A stretch of 64,000 nt of DNA, taken from Minisyncoccota bacterium. Lineage in GTDB: Bacteria; Patescibacteriota; Minisyncoccia; Phycocordibacterales; UBA1550. The position numbers were made by a program, and so were the translations under genes. Below the pieces are notes generated by a model. It was not told where the DNA came from. It did no database searches and worked only from the letters and a program-made list of their open reading frames with translations. Shown piece after piece: positions 39,040 to 48,834 of the stretch (position 1 is its first letter; each line of letters opens with the position of its first letter). Location of the stretch: NCBI GenBank assembly GCA_023229865.1, contig JALNYL010000001.1:23008-87007 (forward strand), given 5' to 3'.

Positions 39040-39594
39040 TTACTCCCCCATTATTTCCTTATCCTTCTTTTCTCCGATAAGGCCGAGATTTGCATTTGTT
39101 TCATCAACAAGCTTCTGAAGAGTTTCGAGGGCGAGAGTCTTTTCATCTTCGCTCATACCACCGTCCTTCTCTGTTGCAATGATGTCATTCTTGGTATTTT
39201 CACGAACACCCTTGAACGACACGCGAGCATCTTCAACCTTGTCGCGCACAATCTTGGTGAAAGCGACACGGCGTTCTGTAGTAAGTGGTGGGAAAAATAC
39301 ACGGAGACCCTCTGCATCAGCAGAAACAGAGATACCAAGATTTGCTGCATTGATCGCTTTTTCAATTTCCTTGCCGTTTGATTTCTCCCAAGGCACAATG
39401 CGGAGCGTGCGGGCATCTTCGCTCGCAATAGTTGCTACGTGTTGAATCGCGAGTGATGCGCCGTATGATTCAATAAAAATACCATCAAGGATGGCGCTCG
39501 ATGCGCGACCGGTATGGATGGCCGAGAGCTCCTTTTGTAGACGCTCCGCAACCTCGCCTGCCTTCTTTTTAAACTCTGAAAAATCGTATGTCAT
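39040..39594 (-). CDS. frr: Ribosome recycling factor
   Basis: TGRAS, PPLTTERR. Confidence 0.95.
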   Translation of the reverse strand: MTYDFSEFKKKAGEVAERLQKELSAIHTGRASSAILDGIFIESYGASLAIQHVATIASEDARTLRIVPWEKSNGKEIEKAINAANLGISVSADAEGLRVFFPPLTTERRVAFTKIVRDKVEDARVSFKGVRENTKNDIIATEKDGGMSEDEKTLALETLQKLVDETNANLGLIGEKKDKEIMGE

Positions 39595-39670
39595 ATGGGA
39601 AGATAGTAGCAGAAAAGAAGGATACGGGCAATGAAAAAACCTGGCGCCAAAGCACCAGGTTCAAAAGCAA

Positions 39671-39928
39671 TCAATAAGGGGCAAGATTGTGCATTGATTG
39701 AAGAAGAAGAAACGCCCCAATCAATCCCGAGATTATCGCAGCAGGATGCCCACGTTCGGCAAGTAGCGAACTAATCACCGCAGCAAAACCAGAGATAGCA
39801 ACACCGCTCCAATAAATAGGACGATAGGAAATCTCGGGGACATCCACGAAGAAATACAACGCCACTCCCGCGAATTGCACAACCAGGCAAACAATTAGAG
39901 CAATAGTGGCTCCCAATCCACGTTCCAT
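39671..39928 (-). CDS. Three-TM hypothetical protein
   Basis: SD GGAGG; TTGACA promoter about 39975-40002; terminator about 39633-39663. Confidence 0.65.
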   Translation of the reverse strand: MERGLGATIALIVCLVVQFAGVALYFFVDVPEISYRPIYWSGVAISGFAAVISSLLAERGHPAAIISGLIGAFLLLQSMHNLAPY

Positions 39929-40006
39929 TTCATCCTCCGTCAATAAGTTAAACAACAAAAGTTACTGTTGGCACGATACCGCCATATCCACGAAATGTCA
40001 ACTTTA

Positions 40007-40702
40007 TTACAAAATTATTGCAATGTGTTCAAGGAGCATCTTTGGCGACGAGCCACGGTTGGCAAGATATGTTTTTGCTTGGAAAATCTCACGGAAGACG
40101 TTTGCGATTTTCTCGTCGCGATTGCCAGCCGTGCGCGTATAGAGAATACGCTCTACATGATCGAGCATTCGACGAAAGAGCTCGCGGTCTACCGTCTCGC
40201 CTGCTTTTTTCTCTGCCATCTTTTTTGCAATAGCAAAACGTCCTTCAAGGGTGCTGTCTAAAAATTTCTCTGCAAGGACGCGAGCCTCGTCCTCGGTATC
40301 CATCGACATATTTTGCACCACGAGTACACGGGAACGCAGCGTAGGAAGAAGCATTTCTGCGCGCGGAATAATGATGAAAAAGTGTGTGCCCTCTGTCGGC
40401 TCTTCAAATGTTTTAAGAAGGGCGTTCTGAGCTTCGGGCGTAAATGACTCCGTGCCAATAATAAAAATCTTCTTCCCATCAAACCCCGCACGCGTCTGAG
40501 CACTCTTGAGGTCATGCGCCTCATCAACACCGAGTGAATCATAATACTCGATGGTCACATCAGGATTGCCTTGTGCTTCGATATTCAAATGTTCACGAAT
40601 AGCCTCTACAAGAAGTGGTGCGATAGTGTCGTGCATTCCTTCGATCACATGCGCGTGATGGAGGTAGCCTGTTTTTTTGTAGTTTTCAAAAATATTATTC
40701 AT
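40007..40702 (-). CDS. holB: DNA polymerase III delta-prime-like clamp loader subunit
   Basis: LHHA, NPDV, EAQNALLKTFEEP, LLPTLRSR. Confidence 0.8.
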   Translation of the reverse strand: MNNIFENYKKTGYLHHAHVIEGMHDTIAPLLVEAIREHLNIEAQGNPDVTIEYYDSLGVDEAHDLKSAQTRAGFDGKKIFIIGTESFTPEAQNALLKTFEEPTEGTHFFIIIPRAEMLLPTLRSRVLVVQNMSMDTEDEARVLAEKFLDSTLEGRFAIAKKMAEKKAGETVDRELFRRMLDHVERILYTRTAGNRDEKIANVFREIFQAKTYLANRGSSPKMLLEHIAIIL

Positions 40703-40767
40703 CTACTTTATAGACTTTTAACTTTCGACTTTCTGACTTGAGCCAAAAAATAATTACGTATTCGTGA

Positions 40768-41781
40768 TTATTTTTTGGCGAGGATACTTTTCTTATACGT
40801 ATCCAAGTGATCAAGTGCGATACCTGTCCCCTTCACCACACAGTAAAGCGCCTCCTCTGCGAGGACTGCTTTCACGCCCGTTTTCCTCTCCACGAGCTCA
40901 GGGAAATTGCGGAGCTGTGATGAGCCTCCGGTCATGATGATCCCCTGGTCAATAATATCCGCTGCGAGCTCTGGTGGAGTCTCTTGCAAAACATCCTTGA
41001 TAGCGCGCACCACTTCTTTGAGTTCGCGGTCGATAGCCTTCACGATTTCATTGGTCGTCACCTGAGCAGTACGAGGAAGCCCTGTCACATAGTCACGGCC
41101 CTTAATCGTAAGGAGGAGCTCATCATCAATAGGCACCGCTGAGCCGATGCGTACCTTAATTTCTTCTGCAGTGCGGTCACCAATAGCGAGATTGAAAGTC
41201 TTCTTGATGTGGTCCGCGATTGCGTGATCGATCTTGTTCCCTGCGCACTTTACTGAAGTCGAAGCAACAATACCTCCAAGAGAAATCACTGCGACGTCGG
41301 TCGTACCACCACCGATGTCCACCACCATGTGTCCGCGCGCTTCATAAATAGGAATACCCGCACCGATAGCCGCGAGAATAGGCTCCTTCACAACGTACAC
41401 GTTTTTTGCGCCTGCCTTAATCGTCGCTTCAATAACAGCACGACGTTCTGTCGAAGACACTCCTGCAGGCACCGAGACCATCACATCTGGTTTCAAAATA
41501 TTCCACTTACCAAGTGCCTTACCAATGTAGTAGCGAATCATCGCCTCTGTCACGCGATAGTCTGCGATCACCCCATCCTTCATCGGACGAAATGCCACAA
41601 TGTTGTCAGGTGTACGGCCAATCATTTGCTTTGCTTCGATTCCCACTGCAACGATGCGATTAGTCTGCTGATCCACGGCAACCACCGAAGGCTCATTGAG
41701 CACAATCCCTTCACCAGGAATATACACAAGCGTGTTTGCTGTGCCGAGGTCGATACCGATTTTTGTTACAAAAAATGACAT
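40768..41781 (-). CDS. mreB: MreB/Mbl (copy 2)
   Basis: IDLGTANT, DIGGGTTD, TPPELAAD; follows murA. Confidence 0.95.
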   Translation of the reverse strand: MSFFVTKIGIDLGTANTLVYIPGEGIVLNEPSVVAVDQQTNRIVAVGIEAKQMIGRTPDNIVAFRPMKDGVIADYRVTEAMIRYYIGKALGKWNILKPDVMVSVPAGVSSTERRAVIEATIKAGAKNVYVVKEPILAAIGAGIPIYEARGHMVVDIGGGTTDVAVISLGGIVASTSVKCAGNKIDHAIADHIKKTFNLAIGDRTAEEIKVRIGSAVPIDDELLLTIKGRDYVTGLPRTAQVTTNEIVKAIDRELKEVVRAIKDVLQETPPELAADIIDQGIIMTGGSSQLRNFPELVERKTGVKAVLAEEALYCVVKGTGIALDHLDTYKKSILAKK

Positions 41782-41785
41782 AATG

Positions 41786-43099
41786 TTAAGCGATTGATGG
41801 GGTTACTTCAGGGACGGTCTCTGCTCTTTCGATGTCGACACCGATAGCGCGCAAGCGGTTCTCAATATCCTCATACCCACGATCAATCGTAGTGTCCACA
41901 TTATGTATGACTGACTCACCTTTTGCAACCACCGCCGCAATGACGAATGCGAGGCCCGCACGGAGGTCGGGGCTCGTGAGTTTGCGTCCACGAAGCTCTG
42001 ACTTTCCACGCACGAGCACACGATGTGGATCCATCATGGTGATAGACGCGCCCATCGCGGCGAGTGACTCGGTGTAATTGAGGCGTCCTTCAAAAATAGT
42101 TTCAAAAACTTTACTCTCCCCTTCGGCTTGTGTGAGAAAAACGGTCATTGGCGCCTGGAGGTCTGTAGGGAAACCAGGATACTCATGCGTCTTGATATCA
42201 ACGGCCTTCAAATGCGATGAGGCACGCACGATGATTTCGCTTTTCTTCACTTCGATAGGCACACCTGCACTGCGAAGTGTCTCAATCGGAGACTCGAGAT
42301 GCACGGGATTGCAATTGGTGATGTGGAGCTCGCGCGCTGCGAGTGCGCCGAGGACAAGGAAGCTTCCCGCTTCAATACGATCAGGCATCGTCTTGTAAGG
42401 ATGCCCCTTGCCGGTCAAAAGCTTGCCGCCTTTGATAGTAATCGTCGGCGAGCCTGCGCCAGAAATCTTTGCACCGCATTTATTGAGGAACTGCGCGAGG
42501 TCAACAATCTCAGGCTCCATCGCGGCATTTTTGATCGTCGTCGTACCCTTTGCAAGGACTGCCGCCATCATAAATGTTTCCGTCACCGTCACGCTTTGAT
42601 TTTTAAGGAAAAACTCTGCACCCTTGAGTCCCCCTTTTGCCTCGACAACGTACCCTGTGTCACTCATGACAACTTTTGCTCCCATTTTTTCAAATCCATC
42701 CACAAAGAGATCGAGTGGACGCGCACCGATGACACAACCGCCAGGGTGAGGAAACGACACCTTCCCATAACGCGCAAGCACAGGCCCCGTGAGTACCACA
42801 GACGCACGCATACGCTTTGCAATACCAGGCGTGAGCTCTGTTGCAAAACCCCGTGTAGGAATCGTCACGGTGTATGTGCCCTTCTTTGTGTTCACCACGG
42901 AAGCCGACATGTCCTTCAAAAGATCGAACATGCGGAGCACGTCACTGATCTCAGGAATATTGGTGAGTGTGACCGTATCACGGAAAAGTACTGTCGCGGC
43001 GATAGCTTTGAGCGCGGCATTTTTTGCGCCAGTAACTTTCACCGTGCCACTCAATTTCCTCTCTCCTCCGAATCCCTTAATGACAAGTGTGTTGCTCAT
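41786..43099 (-). CDS. murA: UDP-N-acetylglucosamine 1-carboxyvinyltransferase
   Basis: GAKNA, PGGCVIGARP, PGFPTDLQ, DLRAG, IDRGY. Confidence 0.97.
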   Translation of the reverse strand: MSNTLVIKGFGGERKLSGTVKVTGAKNAALKAIAATVLFRDTVTLTNIPEISDVLRMFDLLKDMSASVVNTKKGTYTVTIPTRGFATELTPGIAKRMRASVVLTGPVLARYGKVSFPHPGGCVIGARPLDLFVDGFEKMGAKVVMSDTGYVVEAKGGLKGAEFFLKNQSVTVTETFMMAAVLAKGTTTIKNAAMEPEIVDLAQFLNKCGAKISGAGSPTITIKGGKLLTGKGHPYKTMPDRIEAGSFLVLGALAARELHITNCNPVHLESPIETLRSAGVPIEVKKSEIIVRASSHLKAVDIKTHEYPGFPTDLQAPMTVFLTQAEGESKVFETIFEGRLNYTESLAAMGASITMMDPHRVLVRGKSELRGRKLTSPDLRAGLAFVIAAVVAKGESVIHNVDTTIDRGYEDIENRLRAIGVDIERAETVPEVTPSIA

Positions 43100-43208
43100 A
43101 AAATTAAAATAGTTGAATATGACACTCATATTACTACACCGGTTGGGCTTTGACCAAATGAATACATTGTGAGATAGTTAAACCAGAACATACCCAAAGG
43201 AGTTCCCT

Positions 43209-43415
43209 ATGAAAACGAACCTGAAGTACGCCATCCTTGCGTCACTTGTAGTGTTTCTCTTGGGGAATCCCTCGACAAACGCTTACGGGAAAACAGCGGA
43301 TATCACCGTCCACTTTCCACAAAGAGTGTCTCGCATGGTCGAGGTGACCGTCCAATGCCTTACTATCCCCTATACAAGGGAAGAAATAGTGACAAAGTGG
43401 GACACCTTGATTTGA
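43209..43415 (+). CDS. Signal-peptide-bearing small ORF, possibly a degraded gene
   Basis: SD AAGGAG and TTGACC promoter; stop lies about 150 bp before the terminator at 43567-43596. Confidence 0.45.
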   Translation: MKTNLKYAILASLVVFLLGNPSTNAYGKTADITVHFPQRVSRMVEVTVQCLTIPYTREEIVTKWDTLI

Positions 43416-43624
43416 TGGCGCTCGATATCAGTCGTATTGCCGACGAGAATATACCACCAGGGGTTTTTGAAATGAATCGCGTAAACGTCCAGTACTACGC
43501 GGACGAAGATTCCCCCCACGTCGACTGCATGCTTTTATTACTCGACAGTCCTCATGATACGCTACTAAAACCGCCCTCTCTGGGCGGTTTTTTCTTTTCC
43601 GCCTTTTCGCGTTACTATAAGAGT

Positions 43625-45535
43625 ATGCAGATCATCACCGTCGCCCCTATCGTTCGTGGAGCACTCCAGGGTGAGCTCACCTATTTTTCAAAAGACCCCA
43701 TTGCGACGGGAATGGTCGTCATCGTCCCTGTGCGCACACGCGAGGTGCCCGCTATTGTTCTCAGCTCAAAAGCGGTGAGCGATTCAAAGAGCACCCTCAA
43801 GTCATCTGAGTATGCGATTCGCAAAATCACGCGACCAAAACCCCACAGCGTTTGGCTGTCCCCCTTTTTGAGAGCGAGCGAAGAAACCGCCAATTATTCC
43901 GCACAAAAACTTGGTGAAGTGCTCCTTGCCATTACTCCAAAAACAATTCTCGATGCGCATCTCGAAGGAGAGCTTCCTGAATCAAAAAACACGGAGACCA
44001 GTAGTCGACCTGAAACACTCGCGATCCAGGGTGGCACTTCTGTACGCCTCGAAGCATATCAGCGCCTCGTACGTGAGTCATTCGTAAAAAATGAATCGGT
44101 TTTTGTTTGTGTGCCAACAGAAGAAGATGTGGTCAGGATTTCCACCGAACTCGGACGTGGCATCGAAGACTATACGTTTGCTTTTCACAGCAGTGTTACA
44201 AAAAAACGCACTCTGGAGCGTTGGGCAAAAGCAATCAAAGAAGAGCATGCCATCCTTGTGGTTGGCACCGCGCAATACCTCGCGCTCCCACGCCATTTCA
44301 AAACCATTGTACTTGACGAAGAACAATCGCACGCGTGGAAAATGATGGCGCGACCATTGCTCGATCTCCGTGTGTTTACGGAAGCCTACGCTCGCGAAAG
44401 CGGATCCACGCTCATCAGCGGTGCGCCGATTCTCCGCGCGGAAACTCATGCAAAAATCAACGAAAGAATGATTGGCGAATTTGGTCGCATCTCTCTCCGC
44501 TCACACACAGACACGGCGACGTTTCTCATCGATCCACGCAAGGAAGAAAAAGAAGTGCGAGAAGACACAGGCAGACGCGGGATGATTCTTTTCACCAAAG
44601 AGCTTCAGGAGCTTATTCAAAAAGCGATTGAAAATAACGAGCACATACTTCTCCTGACCGCACGCAAGGGCCTCGCACCCGTAACCACCTGCGGCGACTG
44701 TGGCACACTCATTCGCTGCCCTGAGTGCGACACTCCGCTCGTCATCCACAAAAAGGAATCGGGGAATCTCTACATCTGTCACGGATGCGGATTTATGCGC
44801 GTCCCTGAAAACAACGTGCACGAGACGTGCCCCAACTGTCATGGATGGAGGCTCCAAGGTGTCGGCATTGGCATCGACCTTATCGCCGAAGAAGCTACGA
44901 AGCTTTTCCCTGATGCTCCACGATTCGTCCTCGACAGCGAGCGCGCAAAGACACGCACGCAGGCAAAAAAAATCGTCACTCAATTTGAAAAATCTCAGGG
45001 CGGTATTTTGATCGCGACCCAAATGGCAATCCCCCTTCTCGCAAAAACAGATAACGTCGCTATCGTTTCTATCGACTCACTATTTGCAATCCCCGACATC
45101 AGAATGTCGGAGAGAATCTTTGCGCTCATCCTTGCCCTCCGCGAAAAAACAATGAAGACCCTCTTGGTACAGACACGCACGGATGATGTCAGTATTTTAG
45201 AACAAGCACTCGCGGGCAACCTCGTGGAGTTTACTGAAAACGAACTTGCGATTCGAAAAGCTTTTTCGTACCCACCATTTGGGGTCATTATTAAAATCAC
45301 ACTTCGTGGCAAAAAAGATGAAGTGCTTACAGAAATGTCCAACCTCAAATCATTTCTCGGAGATTACGCACCCATCGTCCCCGGCAATATGGCGCGTGAG
45401 CCGAAAAACATTTTCCGCATGCACATGATACTGAAGCTCGCCGCGGATAATTGGCCCAACAGCGACCTCCTCGCAAAACTCCGCGCACTCCCGATGCAGT
45501 TTACGATTGAAGTAAACCCCGATCATTTGCTCTGA
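43625..45535 (+). CDS. priA: Primosomal protein N' (degenerate helicase motifs)
   Basis: Four CxxC pairs, YPPF, N-terminal 3'-binding domain; true start MQIITVAP. Confidence 0.88.
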   Translation: MQIITVAPIVRGALQGELTYFSKDPIATGMVVIVPVRTREVPAIVLSSKAVSDSKSTLKSSEYAIRKITRPKPHSVWLSPFLRASEETANYSAQKLGEVLLAITPKTILDAHLEGELPESKNTETSSRPETLAIQGGTSVRLEAYQRLVRESFVKNESVFVCVPTEEDVVRISTELGRGIEDYTFAFHSSVTKKRTLERWAKAIKEEHAILVVGTAQYLALPRHFKTIVLDEEQSHAWKMMARPLLDLRVFTEAYARESGSTLISGAPILRAETHAKINERMIGEFGRISLRSHTDTATFLIDPRKEEKEVREDTGRRGMILFTKELQELIQKAIENNEHILLLTARKGLAPVTTCGDCGTLIRCPECDTPLVIHKKESGNLYICHGCGFMRVPENNVHETCPNCHGWRLQGVGIGIDLIAEEATKLFPDAPRFVLDSERAKTRTQAKKIVTQFEKSQGGILIATQMAIPLLAKTDNVAIVSIDSLFAIPDIRMSERIFALILALREKTMKTLLVQTRTDDVSILEQALAGNLVEFTENELAIRKAFSYPPFGVIIKITLRGKKDEVLTEMSNLKSFLGDYAPIVPGNMAREPKNIFRMHMILKLAADNWPNSDLLAKLRALPMQFTIEVNPDHLL

Positions 45536-45582
45536 GAACCTATCATTTCAAAAACAGACCGAAATATGCTATCTTTTTGAAT

Positions 45583-46176
45583 ATGATAACGATTGTTCAA
45601 AAGGAGGATCCTGTTCTTCGCGGCGTGGCGCAAGAAGTCGGCGCAAAGGAATTTGGCACCCCAGGGCTCAAAAAAATTCTCAAGGACATGGCAGATGCTA
45701 TGGAAAAAGAAGAGGACGGTGTCGCTATCGCCGCTCCACAAATCGGTGTCCCTCTCCGCATTTTCGTCGTATCGCACCGCGCATTTGAATTTATGGACAG
45801 AGAAGAAAATGAGCACGATGAAGAAGAAGGAACTCATAATGGTGGCCATCCGAAAATAGAGCGCTCCAACATGGTATTCATCAACCCTGTCATCACCAAG
45901 CTCTCACGCAAAAAGATTTGGATGCCCGAAGGCTGTCTCTCGGTGCGCTGGCTCTATGGAGAGGTCGCTCGCTCTGAAAAGGCGACAGTACGTGCGCAAG
46001 ACGAAAACGGAAAAGTATTTACCTACGGCGGGAGTGGGCTCATGGCGCAGATCTTTCAACACGAGACTGATCACTTGAATGGCGCACTCTTCATCGACAC
46101 TGCGCGCAACATCGAAACCATGACCAAAGAAGATCAGGAACGTATGCGTCGCGGAGACGAAGGATACCATGACTAA
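45583..46176 (+). CDS. def: Peptide deformylase
   Basis: GVAIAAPQIG, EGCLS, QHETDHL. Confidence 0.97.
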   Translation: MITIVQKEDPVLRGVAQEVGAKEFGTPGLKKILKDMADAMEKEEDGVAIAAPQIGVPLRIFVVSHRAFEFMDREENEHDEEEGTHNGGHPKIERSNMVFINPVITKLSRKKIWMPEGCLSVRWLYGEVARSEKATVRAQDENGKVFTYGGSGLMAQIFQHETDHLNGALFIDTARNIETMTKEDQERMRRGDEGYHD

Positions 46177-47041
46177 AGAATCACGCATCGCTTTTTGGGG
46201 CACATCACACATCTCCGTAATCGTCCTCGACGAAATGGCGCGCGAAGGGATGCTTCCCTCACTCATCGTCACCGCTCCCCCACGCCAAAAAGGCCGTGGA
46301 CTTGAAATGTCCCCAAGCGAAGTAAAGGTATGGGCAGACGCGCACGGTGTCCCCGCGCTCGAGCCCGAAGAAATTAAGTCGGAAGAATTTTTGAAAACAC
46401 TCGGTGCTAACTGGGACCTCTTTGTCATCGTCTCATATGGCAAAATCATCCCGCGCAATATTCTCGATCTTCCAAAGAACGGCACGCTCAATGTACACCC
46501 GTCGCTCTTGCCGAAGTTTCGCGGGGCGTCCCCTATTCAGTCTGCTATTTTAGAAGAAGCTCCCGTGGGAAAGCCTCATGACGCAGGTGTGACCATCATG
46601 CAAATCGACGAACAGGTCGATCACGGCCCTATCGTTGCGCAGGAGAAAATTTCAATATCAAACTGGCCACCAAAAGGAAGCGTGCTTGAAGAGACTCTTG
46701 GCGCCCTCGGTGCGAAGATCCTCGTCAAAACAATTCCTGAGTGGATTGCGGGTAATATTACTCCACGTGAACAAAATCACGATGAAGCCACATTTACAAA
46801 AAAGATTACCAAAGAAAGTGGGCTCGTAAGCCTCACCAACGACCCTGCTGATACATACCGCAAGGTCCAAGCGTTTGATGTGTGGCCACGTGTATACTTC
46901 ATGACAGAACGAGGAGAACGCACTGTCCGTGTCGTCATCACTGAGGCACACGTCGAAGGTAGCGTGCTCGTCATCGACCGCGTGATTCCTGAAGGGAAAA
47001 AGGAAATGGAGTATGAGGCATTTTTGAGAGGACAGAAGTAG
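46169..47041 (+). CDS. fmt: Methionyl-tRNA formyltransferase
   Basis: NVHPSLLPKFRGASPI; follows def. Confidence 0.96.
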   Translation: MTKESRIAFWGTSHISVIVLDEMAREGMLPSLIVTAPPRQKGRGLEMSPSEVKVWADAHGVPALEPEEIKSEEFLKTLGANWDLFVIVSYGKIIPRNILDLPKNGTLNVHPSLLPKFRGASPIQSAILEEAPVGKPHDAGVTIMQIDEQVDHGPIVAQEKISISNWPPKGSVLEETLGALGAKILVKTIPEWIAGNITPREQNHDEATFTKKITKESGLVSLTNDPADTYRKVQAFDVWPRVYFMTERGERTVRVVITEAHVEGSVLVIDRVIPEGKKEMEYEAFLRGQK

Positions 47042-47067
47042 ACGCGAATTATTAAGAAAAGAAAAAA

Positions 47068-47092
47068 AACGGCATGATGAGCTCATGCCGTT
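47068..47092. terminator. Terminator hairpin (copy 1)
   Basis: AACGGCATGA-TGAGC-TCATGCCGTT. Confidence 0.8.
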
Positions 47093-47106
47093 TTATGTTG
47101 ACTACT

Positions 47107-47394
47107 TTAAGCGCACACCTTTTCCCCGAGGGTCAGGATATTCTTTTCGAGCAGCTGCCGATGATGCTTCCGATCAGATACCGTCCTGATGAAATCAACC
47201 GCGTCCACAAGTGGTATGTCCAAATGTGTGGCGAGCTTTTCTGCATCGTTTTTGACGACAAGCGGAGAAACGAGTTCAAGATTCACCCCACTTCCTTCGC
47301 CAAAGAGCGGTATCTTAAAATCATGCACACTATCGGCGCACATCAAATACATCAATGCAATCTCTTGCAAGCGATTCCGAGACAATGAACTCAT
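47107..47394 (-). CDS. Hypothetical protein (paralog A)
   Basis: SD GGAGG; EIAL...IPLFGEGSG shared with the neighbouring gene. Confidence 0.8.
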   Translation of the reverse strand: MSSLSRNRLQEIALMYLMCADSVHDFKIPLFGEGSGVNLELVSPLVVKNDAEKLATHLDIPLVDAVDFIRTVSDRKHHRQLLEKNILTLGEKVCA

Positions 47395-47437
47395 AGCTTC
47401 CTCCCTGTGGTTATTTACGGAGTATTTTCCCTTTTCA

Positions 47438-47466
47438 AAACTACCACTGAGTTGACGAAATGTCAA
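47438..47466 (-). promoter_or_regulatory. Cassette promoter
   Basis: TTGACA-17 bp (ending CTCAGTGG)-TAGTTT; same design as 57518 and 58747. Confidence 0.75.
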
Positions 47467-47471
47467 AAAAG

Positions 47472-47496
47472 AACGGCATGATTATCTCATGCCGTT
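47472..47496. terminator. Terminator hairpin (copy 2)
   Basis: AACGGCATGA-TTATC-TCATGCCGTT; stem identical to copy 1. Confidence 0.8.
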
Positions 47497-47510
47497 TTAC
47501 GTATTGGTTT

Positions 47511-47861
47511 TTATCGAAAACGCCCTGGTCCTTCTTGCTTCTTGTGATCATCGATAAGCCTCTGGAGATGTTTCATGCTGCAAATCTTCTCAATAAAATC
47601 GACGGCTTCCTGATGTTCAATACGCAGACGCTCGGCAATTTTCTTTGCATCGCGATTGATTTTGTCCATCGACACGGGGGCACCATTTCCACCACTCCCC
47701 TCGCCAAACAAGGGTATTTCCAAACCCTCGATACTATCGCCGTACAGAAGAAACAGTAGGGCAATTTCTTTGTATCGATCGTATTCCCTCTGACGTTCCT
47801 CGGGTGACATCGGCATAACCCCACTGTGAATAGGTATTCCCATCGGTTTAATCTTTTGCAT
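47511..47861 (-). CDS. Hypothetical protein (paralog B)
   Basis: SD AAGGAGG; EIAL...IPLFGEGSG...DA.K.A...AVDFI. Confidence 0.8.
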   Translation of the reverse strand: MQKIKPMGIPIHSGVMPMSPEERQREYDRYKEIALLFLLYGDSIEGLEIPLFGEGSGGNGAPVSMDKINRDAKKIAERLRIEHQEAVDFIEKICSMKHLQRLIDDHKKQEGPGRFR

Positions 47862-48196
47862 GGTTTCCTCCTTTGTACGTTTTGAGAAGTATTTCTTCCT
47901 CAAAGCTACCACAACGAGCAGTAGCAGTCAAAAACAAAAAAACCGGACACTGTCTCACGACATGGTCCGGTTTCCGTTGAAAGATTTTTTATCTCGCACA
48001 GGGAATTTTCTCTGGCTTTCTCCACATTTAACTATTCGTGCGCCTTCTGTGACGTCACGGTAGCATAAGGTTATAACCTTACGAGTAGATAGAACCCTCT
48101 TTCAACAACCTGCCGCTTCTTCTGCTTTCAAGGCGAAGCGCTACCCCGATTTAAAGAACTCGCATACAATCCTCTCCCTCTTGGCCGTTTTGGTAA

Positions 48197-48328
48197 TTAA
48201 TTCATTTCTTCGATTTCGTGCCGACGCTTACGCTCTTGCGAGGTTTCTCCAGCATGAATGAAGTCTCCCATTGCTTGCCCGATTATTCTCATCCAGCCGA
48301 AACACATACAGTGCAGTACTTTTACCAT
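48197..48328 (-). CDS. 43-aa hypothetical protein
   Basis: SD AGGAGG; TTGACA...TACTAT promoter; MVKVLHCMCFGWMRIIGQAMGDFIHAGETSQERKRRHEIEEMN. Confidence 0.5.
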   Translation of the reverse strand: MVKVLHCMCFGWMRIIGQAMGDFIHAGETSQERKRRHEIEEMN

Positions 48329-48467
48329 ATTTCCTCCTGAAAGTTTGAATCAAAATCTCAAAACATAGTAACATGTTGTCATAATTTGTCAATAGCAACA
48401 AAAATTCATTGTTTTCTCCCCTTTTTATGCTAAGGTTTGGTTAGAAACAACACAAAAGGAGAACAAA

Positions 48468-48782
48468 ATGGACCCCGTTGATGAAGCTTTTGCAAGAGAG
48501 CATGACCAGCAAATGAGATTTATTTTGATCGTTCTGCTGATTATTGGAGCAAACGCACACCTCGCAGAAGAAGGCATTTTCCGCGGGACGTTACATGTTA
48601 TTGCTTTCAATTTCAATGTCTTGTTGCTCTGGTTCTCGTTGTCCCAGAGAAAGATTCAAGGGTTGTATCAGAAAAATTTACAAAGAATAAAATCTTCTGA
48701 TACGCAAGGGGTCAAACACGACCGCAACCTTGCAATGGAATATGCGACTCGTGGAGAAGAATTTGACCCACGATGTAGCTAA
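48468..48782 (+). CDS. Two-TM hypothetical protein
   Basis: SD AAGGAG; terminator 48786-48812. Confidence 0.6.
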   Translation: MDPVDEAFAREHDQQMRFILIVLLIIGANAHLAEEGIFRGTLHVIAFNFNVLLLWFSLSQRKIQGLYQKNLQRIKSSDTQGVKHDRNLAMEYATRGEEFDPRCS

Positions 48783-48834
48783 AAACAAAAAGCGCCCAGT
48801 CGGGCGCTTTTTTCTATTTCTCTTTTTGTTGTTT

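Noticed and set aside
24930-43153. Long antisense ORFs (e.g. 24930-25742, 42299-43153)
   Set aside because: They are shadows of well-supported ftsI and murA genes with no motifs or start signals
43355-43624. N-terminal extension of PriA in the ORF track
   Set aside because: It reads through a terminator hairpin; the -10-6 nt-ATG pattern at 43625 and homology mark the real start
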